Shown here: piece after piece, positions 9,474 to 18,811 of the stretch
How positions within the stretch are numbered: the first letter of the stretch is position 1
Layout: every line of letters begins with the position of its first letter
Source of the DNA: Candidatus Bathyarchaeota archaeon
Lineage (GTDB): Archaea > Thermoproteota > Bathyarchaeia > 40CM-2-53-6
Assembly (NCBI GenBank): GCA_005881695.1
Contig: VBBT01000107.1
Coordinates: 1 to 60,123, forward strand
Length of the DNA stretch: 60,123 bases
Reading direction: 5' to 3'
The notes under the pieces: generated by a model
Seen by the model: the letters and a program-made list of their open reading frames with translations, nothing else
What the model was told of the DNA's origin: nothing
Databases searched by the model: none
Made by a program: the position numbers and the translations under genes

Positions 9474-10782
9474 ATGGTTAGAGGAGTTACGATATCTGCG
9501 AAGCCAGGTAAGGGCCGAAATTCGGTACTACATAGATGCTCACAAGGCTCAGAGATTCAAGGTTAGCCTCTTCGAGCTAATGAGCCTGAACAGTTTTCCC
9601 AACCCCGTCAACCAGACGCTTTACTTCAACAATGAGGAACACGAAGTCCCCTTCACGTACTCGATCAGAGGAAGGAGATACGAGCAAAAGCCGTTCAAAG
9701 AATGGTTCAAGCTCAAGCTGAGCGACAAGTGGATTTTCGAAGTGAAGAACACCCGGTCAGAACACGGTCGCTTCATCAGGCACAAACGACGAAACGAGAT
9801 GCTACCTCTTCGAGAAATCTTGTCGAGAGTAAAACGAATGGGCCAGCTCGGCCGTGTCCGAATTCCCCATAAACTCGGAATCTATGCGGCAGCCAGTTAT
9901 TCTAGAAATCACTTTCTTGAAAGCGATCGAGGAGTGAGGGTCACGATGGACGAAGATGTCCGGTACTTCACTTTCGATGGGCTTGCAGGGACAATGCTTG
10001 GCGCCTCGAACCGGGCCATTGTGGAGTTAAAGATTCCACCGGGCAGAACAAGTTCTCCACTAGTCAGAAAAATCCACAGTCTGCTTAGGAAAGAGAACGC
10101 GGAACAGGGAATTTCCAAGAAGGCCACGATCTTCAATCTCATCGAGGACCGAGCAAGGAAATCAGGCGAAGCCTACAAAGAACCGAGCCACAACACAGAG
10201 ATCAAAGCAAAAGTTGCGCTTGACGCAGAGGACCAGGACATTTTCCCCAGGATCAGGAGCGATCTAGCAAAAGGAAAAATCGAAGGCTTCAGACTCTCCG
10301 ACTCTTACCCAAGTGTTATGGAGACTGGTAAGCTCTACCACTACGTTCAGATGCCCACGCACGAGTACGTCAGGTTCGAAACCAGTGGGCAGTCAAGGTC
10401 CGCGACGATCAAGGAGAACTTTCAGGTCGTAGAGGATCCCTACAGACTCGGTAACGTGATCAAGAGGCGAGAGATTGAGGAGCCTATTCAGCCAGATATG
10501 CTGAAGATGCCCTACAAGATTCTCACCAGGAGGAGGAAGTACTTCATGGTTGAACGGGATGGGGGGAGAAGGGAGTACGCGGTGATGATGGATAGGAGCA
10601 CTCATCGAGGCCACGAACTCTACCAGCTGGAGGTTGAGGACGTTCTGAATTCTCCTTCTTCGAGGACAGAGACCCGGAGCATCAACGATGTGGCATCCAT
10701 GGCTAATTATCTCATAGAAGAGTATTCACTGGAACCTACGACATTGACGAAAAATCAGTGGCTGATGAGTCTGCCGAACTAG
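9474..10782 (+). CDS. Tandem VTC-like plus CYTH (double triphosphate tunnel) protein; ORF-track start 9580, frame extends upstream
   Basis: Domain 1: RAEIRYY, TLYFNN, IRGRRY, FEVKN, YSRNHF, RVTMD, IVELK, SKK. Domain 2: EIKAK, KRREIE, RRRKYF, MMDR, QLEVE, TK. Confidence 0.7.
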
Positions 10783-10789
10783 GGTATCT

Positions 10790-11584
10790 TCAAGGTTTGG
10801 AGGCGATTCGCGAAACCGGATTCTCTCTGGAGACTTCGACGAATTTCCGATAGTTCTTATTCCGATTCTCGATCTCAATGTTCAGCGCTACTAGAATCTC
10901 CGCCGATCTTCTTAGCCCCTGAAGATACTCGATCATCACGTCATGGTCGCGTATTGTGCCAAGTAGGTCTTGCCACGATCGGAGGGTCGCTAGAGGTTTT
11001 GGAGGCCTTGAGAACTCTGACATTTCCAGAACATAACGAAGTTGTTTACAGTCTCTCCTTACGACGTGCAGTCCCTCCACTTTTGAAGGGTCCTCCCTTA
11101 CTAGCGGGAGTTCGCTGGTGATCTTCGAGCCTAGTTTTCTCACGACTTTGTTGTATCTTCTCTGGAGTATGGGGTCGGAAAGGTCTCTCGGTTTTACACG
11201 GGGTCCTGGGTCTTTCTGAACGGACAAAGCTAGCTCTTTCGCTTGCTCGAGGTGGGACTTGCGTGATTTCCTCAAATCCTCTATGAGCCGTTCGTACGCG
11301 GGATTCTGCTTGTACTCTGACAGCTTCGAGAGAATAATATCTTGGTCTCTCACACTAGCGTTTACTTTCATCAACTTCTTGATACGAGCCATGGCTTTCT
11401 GTGCCTTGTTCTGGTTCCTCGTGGCCTTTGGAAGCAATGCGAAGGCTGACTGCAGTCGACGGGTCGCGGTCCGAAGCCTGTGAACGTTCTCGGCGTTTGG
11501 GTCTCTGAGGTAGGCCTTGACTCTCCGAGTCAGCGCTTTCGCGAATCTGGTGTACTCCTTCGCAAAAGACTCGCGGGTAATCAA
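10790..11584 (-). CDS. CHAD domain protein (polyphosphate-binding)
   Basis: VHRLRTATRRLQS, VRDQD, LHVVRRDCKQLRY, QDLLGTIRDHDV motifs. Confidence 0.92.
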   Translation of the reverse strand: MITRESFAKEYTRFAKALTRRVKAYLRDPNAENVHRLRTATRRLQSAFALLPKATRNQNKAQKAMARIKKLMKVNASVRDQDIILSKLSEYKQNPAYERLIEDLRKSRKSHLEQAKELALSVQKDPGPRVKPRDLSDPILQRRYNKVVRKLGSKITSELPLVREDPSKVEGLHVVRRDCKQLRYVLEMSEFSRPPKPLATLRSWQDLLGTIRDHDVMIEYLQGLRRSAEILVALNIEIENRNKNYRKFVEVSRENPVSRIASKP

Positions 11585-11632
11585 GGGAAGGCTGGGTTCG
11601 AGAAGTGAGACTACTTAGGTTTTCTTCGGCGG

Positions 11633-13096
11633 CTACAGGGCGAGCTGAAGATTGAAAGCGCCTTCAAGGTCCTCGAGGTCTCTCAGGATATTCTTCATGA
11701 GCACCTTTGGGATGTGTTGCTTGCCTTGGACTATGTGAAGGCGGGGGACCCCGCGCTCAGAACTCATGGTTAGATCGATGTCCGTCTTCTGTTGGAGTTG
11801 AGCGAGTTGTATCAGGACTGAGATCTTCTTCACCATCTCCATGCTTTTCTTGTCAAGCAGGCGCTTGTAGCTAGTCTCTACCCAATCTGTCCTTCTCATC
11901 CCATTTGCTCTTGCAACAGACAGGGCCATAATGAGCTGGTCCACGTGTGACAGGACACTATCCGCCTCCAATACTATGTAGAAAAGGGTCTCGGGATTGT
12001 AGATGGGAAGGTCCGGCAAGACGTGATCGAGGGCTTCGGAAAGAATCGCGTACTCCCTCTTTGTCAGGTTTCTATGTGATAAGAGAGACTTGGCCAGTTT
12101 TTCTTGGGCGGAAGCTTTCACGTGCGCTTGTGCCCCTTCGCGCATCAGAACTCTGTCTACGAGTCCTTGGCGGTACGAGCTAGGGCTTTCGAGGAAACCT
12201 GAGAGCACCCCGTCCCTAAGACCATGGGTACTAACAATGAGTTTGCGGAAACCAATCTTCTCCATCAAGAGGTGAACTACTAGGGACCCGGCGATGATTG
12301 ATTGGCTTCTCTCTTGACCTATGGCTGGATTCTTTCTGATTGCTCTTAGACTCATTCTGCGAAGGGCGCGGTGTACTGATTCCACGGCGTTCCTCTTCAT
12401 CGAGTAATTGTGCAGCTTGTTGAGCGGGTACTTGCGACGCATCTGGTCATACCTGGCTAATGCGCGCACGGAGCCTCCGACCCCTACGAGGTCGAGGCTT
12501 TTCGAAGTTGGAAGATGTTTCTTCTCCGGCAGGAGTTCAAGTATCCGTTTTCTCATCCGTGCATAGTTTTTCTTTGTGTAAGACCCATTTGGTTTAGCGT
12601 AGAGGTCTGTTAGCCTTAATCCTCCTAGAGGGACTGAGAGGATTTTTCTGATAGTCGGCTCCGAGTAGATGACCATCTCAAGGCTTCCTCCTCCAAGGTC
12701 GAAGAACAAGCCGGCATGAACGCTGGTCGCGCTCTTCGCTCCTTCGAACGCGTATACCGCTTCTTCTTTTTCGGAGAGAACTTTGAACTTGAACCCAGTC
12801 TCCTGGTAGGCTTGTTTGAGGAACTCCTCTCGGTTCCCAGCCTCCCTAACGGCGCTGGTAGCGACAGGGAGGACGTAGCTTGATCGCTCAAGGTCAACAA
12901 TCGCGCGGAACTGTTTCAGAGCTTTGAGAGTACGTCGGATGGGTTTGTCTCCGAGAAAGCCCGTTTGATCAAGCCCTTCTCCAACCTTCGCGAGGACCGA
13001 ATGCTGTCCATACGCGACGAACGACTTGTCCCGCCTAACTTTGTAGTTCACCAGTTTTAGCGAGTTGTAGCCTAGGTCTATCACGGAGACTTTCAA
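11633..13096 (-). CDS. ppx: Ppx/GppA exopolyphosphatase family protein
   Basis: IDLGYNSLKL, ATSAVREAGN, EKEEA, DLGGGSLE, GVGGSVR, GLRDG. Confidence 0.92.
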   Translation of the reverse strand: MKVSVIDLGYNSLKLVNYKVRRDKSFVAYGQHSVLAKVGEGLDQTGFLGDKPIRRTLKALKQFRAIVDLERSSYVLPVATSAVREAGNREEFLKQAYQETGFKFKVLSEKEEAVYAFEGAKSATSVHAGLFFDLGGGSLEMVIYSEPTIRKILSVPLGGLRLTDLYAKPNGSYTKKNYARMRKRILELLPEKKHLPTSKSLDLVGVGGSVRALARYDQMRRKYPLNKLHNYSMKRNAVESVHRALRRMSLRAIRKNPAIGQERSQSIIAGSLVVHLLMEKIGFRKLIVSTHGLRDGVLSGFLESPSSYRQGLVDRVLMREGAQAHVKASAQEKLAKSLLSHRNLTKREYAILSEALDHVLPDLPIYNPETLFYIVLEADSVLSHVDQLIMALSVARANGMRRTDWVETSYKRLLDKKSMEMVKKISVLIQLAQLQQKTDIDLTMSSERGVPRLHIVQGKQHIPKVLMKNILRDLEDLEGAFNLQLAL

Positions 13097-13164
13097 ACTT
13101 GGCTAGGCCCGCCCGTCGTTTACGTTTCACTTCGGCGGGTTCAAGGGTATTCGTCTTGGACTTA

Positions 13165-13782
13165 TCAAGACATCTTAGCGATAATTTTCGGCGTGAGAAG
13201 CCAACGGAGTTCGCCGGAGATTCGAGGTGAAAACGATGTTATTCGGACTTTTGCGACCCCTCCCTTTTTCAGAACGATTTTGGCGCTCGTGGTCCCGATG
13301 ATCTCTCCTATCATGGAAGTCAGGTAAGGTTCGTGGCCTACAAGGATTGGTCTGAGGTTTTGTTCGAGTCGTGCAAGTTTGCGATAGAGTCCTGTTTTGC
13401 TTCCGTCTGGTTTCAATTCGTCCCATTCTTCCAATGTCGGGATCTCGAGGATCTTGGCCGCAATTTCAGCGGTCTCTCGAGCTCTTCTCAACGGACTTGT
13501 ATAGATCCGGTCGGTTTGCAATCCGATTGCCTTCAATGACTTTGCTATTTTCTGCATCTCGGTTCGGCCTTCTGGTGTTAGGGGTCGTTCGGAATCCTTC
13601 TCCACAACTGTCATTCGGTTCCCAGCCTCCCCATGCCTGAGTATGAAGAGGTCGATTTTCGCAGAGCCCGCCTTCTTTGATGGAGTCGGAACGGGCGTTA
13701 GTGAGGGTGCTCTCTTTATTTCGACCTCTTTTTTGTCCGAGAAGGCGCGCCGTTGTCTCCTTGCTCTCTTGGGCTCTGTCAA
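13165..13782 (-). CDS. sixA: Phosphohistidine phosphatase SixA
   Basis: ILRHGEA, RPLTPEG, TSPLRRARETA, LVGHEP, LKKGG. Confidence 0.9.
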   Translation of the reverse strand: MTEPKRARRQRRAFSDKKEVEIKRAPSLTPVPTPSKKAGSAKIDLFILRHGEAGNRMTVVEKDSERPLTPEGRTEMQKIAKSLKAIGLQTDRIYTSPLRRARETAEIAAKILEIPTLEEWDELKPDGSKTGLYRKLARLEQNLRPILVGHEPYLTSMIGEIIGTTSAKIVLKKGGVAKVRITSFSPRISGELRWLLTPKIIAKMS

Positions 13783-13849
13783 CTGTCCCTATGGCAAGTT
13801 TCGGTGAGTCAGATAAAGTTCAGTAACCGCACCTTCTCCGTTCAAAACC

Positions 13850-14656
13850 ATGAGTTGGACTAGGATGGTCAAGCTACCGCGGGCTCTCGGTTTCGGCCGG
13901 GAGATCGAATCGATCCTCCTCATACTGTCAGACCATCCTGAGGAAATTGTTAGAAAGATTGCTGATAAGAAAAGTGTCGGAGATTATCGTCTGGTTGGAG
14001 AGAAGACTAAGTTTCTTGCCGACACATACTTCGACACTCTCAACCACTTTCTTTCGCATCGCAAGTTGAATCTGAGAATACGGGCAGACAACCAGGATCG
14101 TTGGATCACCATGAAGACGCATCCTAGACGAACTCTGTGGGGTGGAATGGTCCGAGCTGAAATGGAGGTTCCCTGGTCACAGGAGATTGTTGAAAAAGTG
14201 GTTTCCGAGCTGAAAATCCCGCATCAGCCCCCTAGTTCTGCCGGCCAGATCAATCCTTCAGACCCGATTGAACTATTGAAGAGTAAAGGCCTTGTTCCTA
14301 TCCAGCATAGAGAGACCCAACGGCAGGTACGAGATGTGACGTCCAGCCCTGAAGGGTCCCCCGTCCTAGCCGAACTAGACATTGACTCAGTGCTTTACGA
14401 CTTCGACGATCAAAAGATACGCCTTTTCGAGGTCGAAGTGGAGAGTAAGTCCGAAAAAGGTCAGAACGTAGTCAAGAGCGTTACCAGGAGCCTGAAGGGA
14501 GAGTACGGCCATATCTTACGAAGCTGGCGTCACGGAAAACTCGCGACTGGAACGGGGATCGCTAAGCTGTTGAAATCGGGAGAGCTGAAACCTCTCATCG
14601 ATGCTGAAAACCGGCTTCTACCGGCCGCCTACGACAGGCTCAACCGAATACTCTGA
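13850..14656 (+). CDS. CYTH domain protein
   Basis: REIES, DTYFDT, LRIR, ITMK, RAEME, ELDID, EVEVE, GKL pattern. Confidence 0.88.
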   Translation: MSWTRMVKLPRALGFGREIESILLILSDHPEEIVRKIADKKSVGDYRLVGEKTKFLADTYFDTLNHFLSHRKLNLRIRADNQDRWITMKTHPRRTLWGGMVRAEMEVPWSQEIVEKVVSELKIPHQPPSSAGQINPSDPIELLKSKGLVPIQHRETQRQVRDVTSSPEGSPVLAELDIDSVLYDFDDQKIRLFEVEVESKSEKGQNVVKSVTRSLKGEYGHILRSWRHGKLATGTGIAKLLKSGELKPLIDAENRLLPAAYDRLNRIL

Positions 14657-14729
14657 CGCCCCGTATCGGACAAGATATGTCCAGGTAATCTTCTTAGCAT
14701 CGAGGGCCCACGTCATAGTGGGGAGAGTA

Positions 14730-15059
14730 TTGCTCCGCCCTAAGAGAGGCGAGGCTATCGCGTCCGTTCTCTTCGCTTTCACAGCCACCGGCTTAATCGC
14801 CCTCTTGTACAACCTTAACCCGTTCAATAGCTGGGCGCTCTTGGTCGGAGTCTGGGCGAGTTCGGAAGCACTCATGCTCTATCTCTTTCAGAACCAGCGT
14901 AGGAATGAAAAAAAATTCCAAAAGCGTCCAGTCAGCTTTCCCAACCCCGAAGGCGGCGGAATTCTCGGCGAATACGTGAACCGTCCTTGGCATAACGAGC
15001 TTGCCGAGCTTGGCCGACGATACCCGAGCAAGAAGGCGAAGAAAAAAAAGAAGGATTAG
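14730..15059 (+). CDS. Small membrane protein with basic C-terminal tail (ORF track start 14601)
   Basis: Two TM helices, Lys-rich tail; TTG start preceded by GGGAGAG. Confidence 0.55.
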   Translation: MLRPKRGEAIASVLFAFTATGLIALLYNLNPFNSWALLVGVWASSEALMLYLFQNQRRNEKKFQKRPVSFPNPEGGGILGEYVNRPWHNELAELGRRYPSKKAKKKKKD

Positions 15060-15578
15060 ATGGTGGTCTCCCACGACACCAAGAGGATACTAGGTATCTC
15101 AAGCCTGGTGCTAATACTTGTCCTTCTTCTGGCGAGAGGCCTGCCCTTCCCTTTTCCCGGTTCACAACCATCAGCATCTCCCCGTATCCGGTACGCGCCG
15201 AGTCTAATCTTCCATGACAATGTTTCGTTCAACGGTCCGGCTCCAACTTTCAATTTGACCCTGATTCACTCCCACTCTTACATGTGGACGTTCAACGTCA
15301 CGGCCGGTTCTGTTAAGATCAATTTGACTGACCCTAAGACTGGCAATGTCTTTTGGACGGTCGGACCTCGTTCACTAGGGCAATGGCACCTGAATGGTAC
15401 TGGTTCTGTTAGTTTCAACTGGACGGCCCCGGCCTCGACATACTATTCAATGGTTCTCGAAAACCTGAACATCACCCGATCCCCGTGGTCATCGACTTGG
15501 TTCGTGGGCGGCTCTCTATATTTTTCGTGCGACATGCATGTGTGGGACCTGGATACCCCCGAGGTCCACTTCTTATGA
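15060..15578 (+). CDS. Membrane-anchored/secreted beta-rich hypothetical protein
   Basis: N-terminal TM segment, beta-strand pattern and many NxS/T sequons. Confidence 0.65.
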   Translation: MVVSHDTKRILGISSLVLILVLLLARGLPFPFPGSQPSASPRIRYAPSLIFHDNVSFNGPAPTFNLTLIHSHSYMWTFNVTAGSVKINLTDPKTGNVFWTVGPRSLGQWHLNGTGSVSFNWTAPASTYYSMVLENLNITRSPWSSTWFVGGSLYFSCDMHVWDLDTPEVHFL

Positions 15579-15658
15579 TCTGGTGACCTGCGCGTGGACT
15601 CCGACGAGCGAATAGCTCTATTAGGCTCATTAGCCACTATGAACTTTGGTCGAAGCGT

Positions 15659-16282
15659 TTGAGCGAGGGTCTTTCCGTCGACCGAGTAATGGATGTTCTA
15701 AGGAACTGCTACGATCCCGAGATACCCGTCAACATTGTTGATCTCGGTCTGGTCTACGGTGTCGCCATAGACAACGACACGGTGAAGGTTCGAATGACTC
15801 TTACAGCCGTGGGCTGCCCAGCCAGTGCCTACCTGAGTCATCAGGTCAAGGAACTGATCGAGAAGATACCAGGGGTCAAGAATGCCGACGTCGACATCGT
15901 CTGGGACCCGCCTTGGACCCCTGACAAGATGAGTGCTGCCGCGCGAGAACGTCTCCAGCAGAACCAAGAACCGGTCACTATCGAGTTCGACCCTGCCAGT
16001 TTTAAGCCTAGGAAGAAGGGGCACATCGCCAAGAACCCTGATGGGACAATTGTCCTAATCAACGAGGCGAACTCGCGTTACCTTGGGAACGAAGACATCG
16101 CCAGCCTCTGGGAGAAGAGCGATGGAAGCAAGACAATCGACGAGTTAACATCAGAACTCGCGGTGGAGAAGAAAGTCTCACCCACTGAAATTCGGATGCA
16201 GATACTAGAAGTCGTTACTCAGCTAGTCGCAATCGGATTGATCGCGCCTGAGGACGCGATGGTTCTCCCTCTTCATCCCTAG
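15659..16282 (+). CDS. DUF59/SufT (MIP18-family) Fe-S assembly protein with C-terminal PqqD-like domain
   Basis: DPEIPVNIVDLGLVY, MTLTAVGCP, VWDPPWTPDKMS; C-terminus LWEKSDGSKTIDEL...QLVAIGLI. Confidence 0.85.
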   Translation: MSEGLSVDRVMDVLRNCYDPEIPVNIVDLGLVYGVAIDNDTVKVRMTLTAVGCPASAYLSHQVKELIEKIPGVKNADVDIVWDPPWTPDKMSAAARERLQQNQEPVTIEFDPASFKPRKKGHIAKNPDGTIVLINEANSRYLGNEDIASLWEKSDGSKTIDELTSELAVEKKVSPTEIRMQILEVVTQLVAIGLIAPEDAMVLPLHP

Positions 16283-16336
16283 ATAGTATAGCTAGGCCAT
16301 ATCTGTCCCTTACAATCCCATCAGCTTCATCAGGCA

Positions 16337-17053
16337 TTGTAAGATTGCCTAGCCGAACTCTATGACGCCAATTACTCTTTCAAGAACTACGAGAAAGAAA
16401 CAGCAAAACTTCACCAATTAATCCAAGAACACAAACGCTCCCCCGGTAACGATCTGCTCGACGTCGCATGCGGGACCGGCGGCCACATCACATACCTGAA
16501 AAGAAACTATTCGGTTGAGGGCCTGGATATTAGTGAGCCAATGCTGAGACTCGCTAAGAAGAAACACCCGGATGTCGTCTTCCACCGTGGTGAGATGACT
16601 AGCTTCAAGCTAGGGAAACAATTCGATGCGGTCACCTGCCTGTTTAGCGCCATTGGCCACGTGAAAACAAAGCGCAGATTGGATCTCGCTGTTCGATGCG
16701 TGGCCCGCCACCTCAAGCCGGGCGGGGTATTAGTCGTGGAGCCCTGGCCCATGCCCAAACAGTGGCAAGTCGGGCGGATAGGGGCCAACTTTGTGGATCA
16801 GCCCAACCTCAGGGTTGCACGGTTCAGCATTAGCAAAGCTCGGGGGAACCTATCGGTTCAAGACCTCCACCATCTGGTGGCCACATCTAATGGCATCGAA
16901 CATTTTGTGGAAAGGTTGGAAATGGGGCTTTTTACCCAAGACGAATATCTCGACGCGTTCAGATCAGCACGACTTGAGGTCGAATTTGACTCGGAGGGGT
17001 TGATGGGGCGAGGACTCTACTTGGCAACCAGCGCGCTCGCACCCGTAGTTTAG
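16337..17053 (+). pseudogene. Class I SAM-dependent methyltransferase with TAA at codon 2
   Basis: TTG(16337)-TAA, then AELYDANY...LLDVACGTGGH in frame with ORF 16541..17053; the SAM motif lies upstream of the ORF-track start. Confidence 0.7.
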
Positions 17054-17673
17054 CTCTCTCTTTGTAGCTTCGCTATTCTCTGATTGAGACTAGGAGCGAA
17101 TCCATACCCTCGGATTCGTCTTTGAGTATTCGCTTCTTGCGCAAGGTTGCGGATCCTCGTAAGGGATTGGAGCATGGAGTCCTTGCCAACAATTCTCGCC
17201 GCTTCTCGATCCGCTTTGAGCCGGCCACCTTGGGACCACTGGTTCAGATAGGGCATCATCAACACAAGCGTCGCGGTAAACACCGAACCGATCAGAGTGA
17301 TTTCCAAGAGGCCATTAGATCTTCCCGGACCTAGTATCCCGATGAGGACCAGTGTCAAGGCGACTGCTCCAGCGAGCGGGAGCGCAATCATAGGTAACGC
17401 GGCCCAATTCTGTCGTCGGATAATAGTGTACTGGAAGATTATCGATGAAGCGACTAATGGTCTCCACTCCTCGGGAGTAAGCCTTCCCACCATTTGTGTC
17501 GGTAAAATTATCTCTCCATACAGCACGATCACAAAATCCGCAGGCAATCCATCAGTTGACGAAACGGCGTCGGGCTCTGGTTTCTGGATTCCAATCTGTT
17601 TGAACAGGCTTCCCGCGTCTTCTAGAATCCTGCCTACATCTGGGCCGTGAAGCTCGGTCTTCTCGCTGAACAT
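17050..17673 (-). CDS. Membrane protein, M48/HtpX-like without HExxH
   Basis: LTPEEWRPLVASS where ELxAVLAHE is expected, LKADREAA, PSLNQRIAKL; two TM helices. Confidence 0.6.
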   Translation of the reverse strand: MFSEKTELHGPDVGRILEDAGSLFKQIGIQKPEPDAVSSTDGLPADFVIVLYGEIILPTQMVGRLTPEEWRPLVASSIIFQYTIIRRQNWAALPMIALPLAGAVALTLVLIGILGPGRSNGLLEITLIGSVFTATLVLMMPYLNQWSQGGRLKADREAARIVGKDSMLQSLTRIRNLAQEANTQRRIRGYGFAPSLNQRIAKLQRES

Positions 17674-17681
17674 GCCGTTTC

Positions 17682-18200
17682 CTAGAGGGTTATTCCCATC
17701 TGTACCTCGTCGTGGTAGCGCTCGTCGTCGCCGTAGAAAGTGTCCCGTGCAGTTCCTTCTTTCTTGAAGCCGACCTTCTCGTAGACCTTGATCGCTCTGT
17801 GATTATCGGCGACTACAGTTAGTCCGAATCGATGGAGTCCCTGGTCTTTTGCCAGCTCGATTGCTCTCATCATCATCGCGGTTCCGAGGCCAGCATTCTG
17901 GAAGTCTTGGTGGATATAGATGAAGAGTTCCGCGACGCCCTTGCGTCGGTCAAATGGGAATTGGAATACCTGCAAGTGTCCAACCACTGTTTCTTCTAAT
18001 CGTGCGATCAGAATGATGCTGTTCGTAGGGTTGGATGTCCAGCGCTCGATCCGGGCGCGGTCGTAGGGAGGAAGGCCCCACTTGATGGCCTCCGGTGATA
18101 GACTAGCATACATTCAGACAAGGGCCTCCTTATGTTCGGGTCGGTATGTTTCGAGTCTTACCGCTCTTCCGCCTTTCAACTCGACAAGGTTGTCGGACAC
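17682..18200 (-). pseudogene. GNAT acetyltransferase with in-frame TGA at 18114-18116 (downstream ORF 17682..18113 intact)
   Basis: GTG 18200 MSDNLVELKGGRAVRLETYRPEHKEALV*MYASLS...; FQNAGLGT and NHRAIKVYEKVGF motifs. Confidence 0.65.
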
Positions 18201-18276
18201 CCGTGTAGTTGACGATTCCACTAAGGCCTTCTATCGGTGAGAGTAACGGCGGTCTGCTTTGGTCGAAGATGCCGGC

Positions 18277-18684
18277 TTAGCTGACGGGTGCCTCGGCCCG
18301 CATTGGCTGTTTCACGGTTTCCGATATGGAAATCTCCAAGCCGTCCGGGTCAAGGCACACAGCTAGTTTGATTCCCTCCTCTTCCCGCATCTTTGGTTCC
18401 ATAACGAATCTCACGTTTCTCGCCTTGAGGTCGCGGTATGTCTTGTTAAGATCAGTCACGTTGAATCCTATTGTTGATGTTCCTGCGATAATCTCTCTCT
18501 GCGCGGGCGTCGAGGCAGTGCGGGGCTTTGATATGTGAAGCGCGAGAGTAGTAGCACCTGTCTGGAACTCAGTCCACTCATTCGTCTTGTACTTGAGAGG
18601 CATACCGAGGATGTTCTTGTAGAATTCCACTGATTGCTCCATGTTCGATACTCCGATCATAACATAGTCAATCTGTTTGAACAT
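18277..18684 (-). CDS. VOC/glyoxalase family protein
   Basis: IDYVMIGVSNMEQSVEFYKNILG, IGFNVTDL, LDPDGLEI. Confidence 0.9.
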   Translation of the reverse strand: MFKQIDYVMIGVSNMEQSVEFYKNILGMPLKYKTNEWTEFQTGATTLALHISKPRTASTPAQREIIAGTSTIGFNVTDLNKTYRDLKARNVRFVMEPKMREEEGIKLAVCLDPDGLEISISETVKQPMRAEAPVS

Positions 18685-18811
18685 ACAGGTCGCTGTTCGT
18701 AGAGGCTGGTTACGAGGTAAAAGAGTTCCTATCGCTGACAAGAAGTCCTGTCACCATCCAATGCATGGTTTATCCGGGTCGTCACAGCCGCCGCTCTCCG
18801 CAGGTCTAGCA

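Noticed and set aside
18114-18116. Selenocysteine or genome-wide TGA recoding
   Set aside because: Many genes in the window end at TGA, and the position is not an evident Cys site
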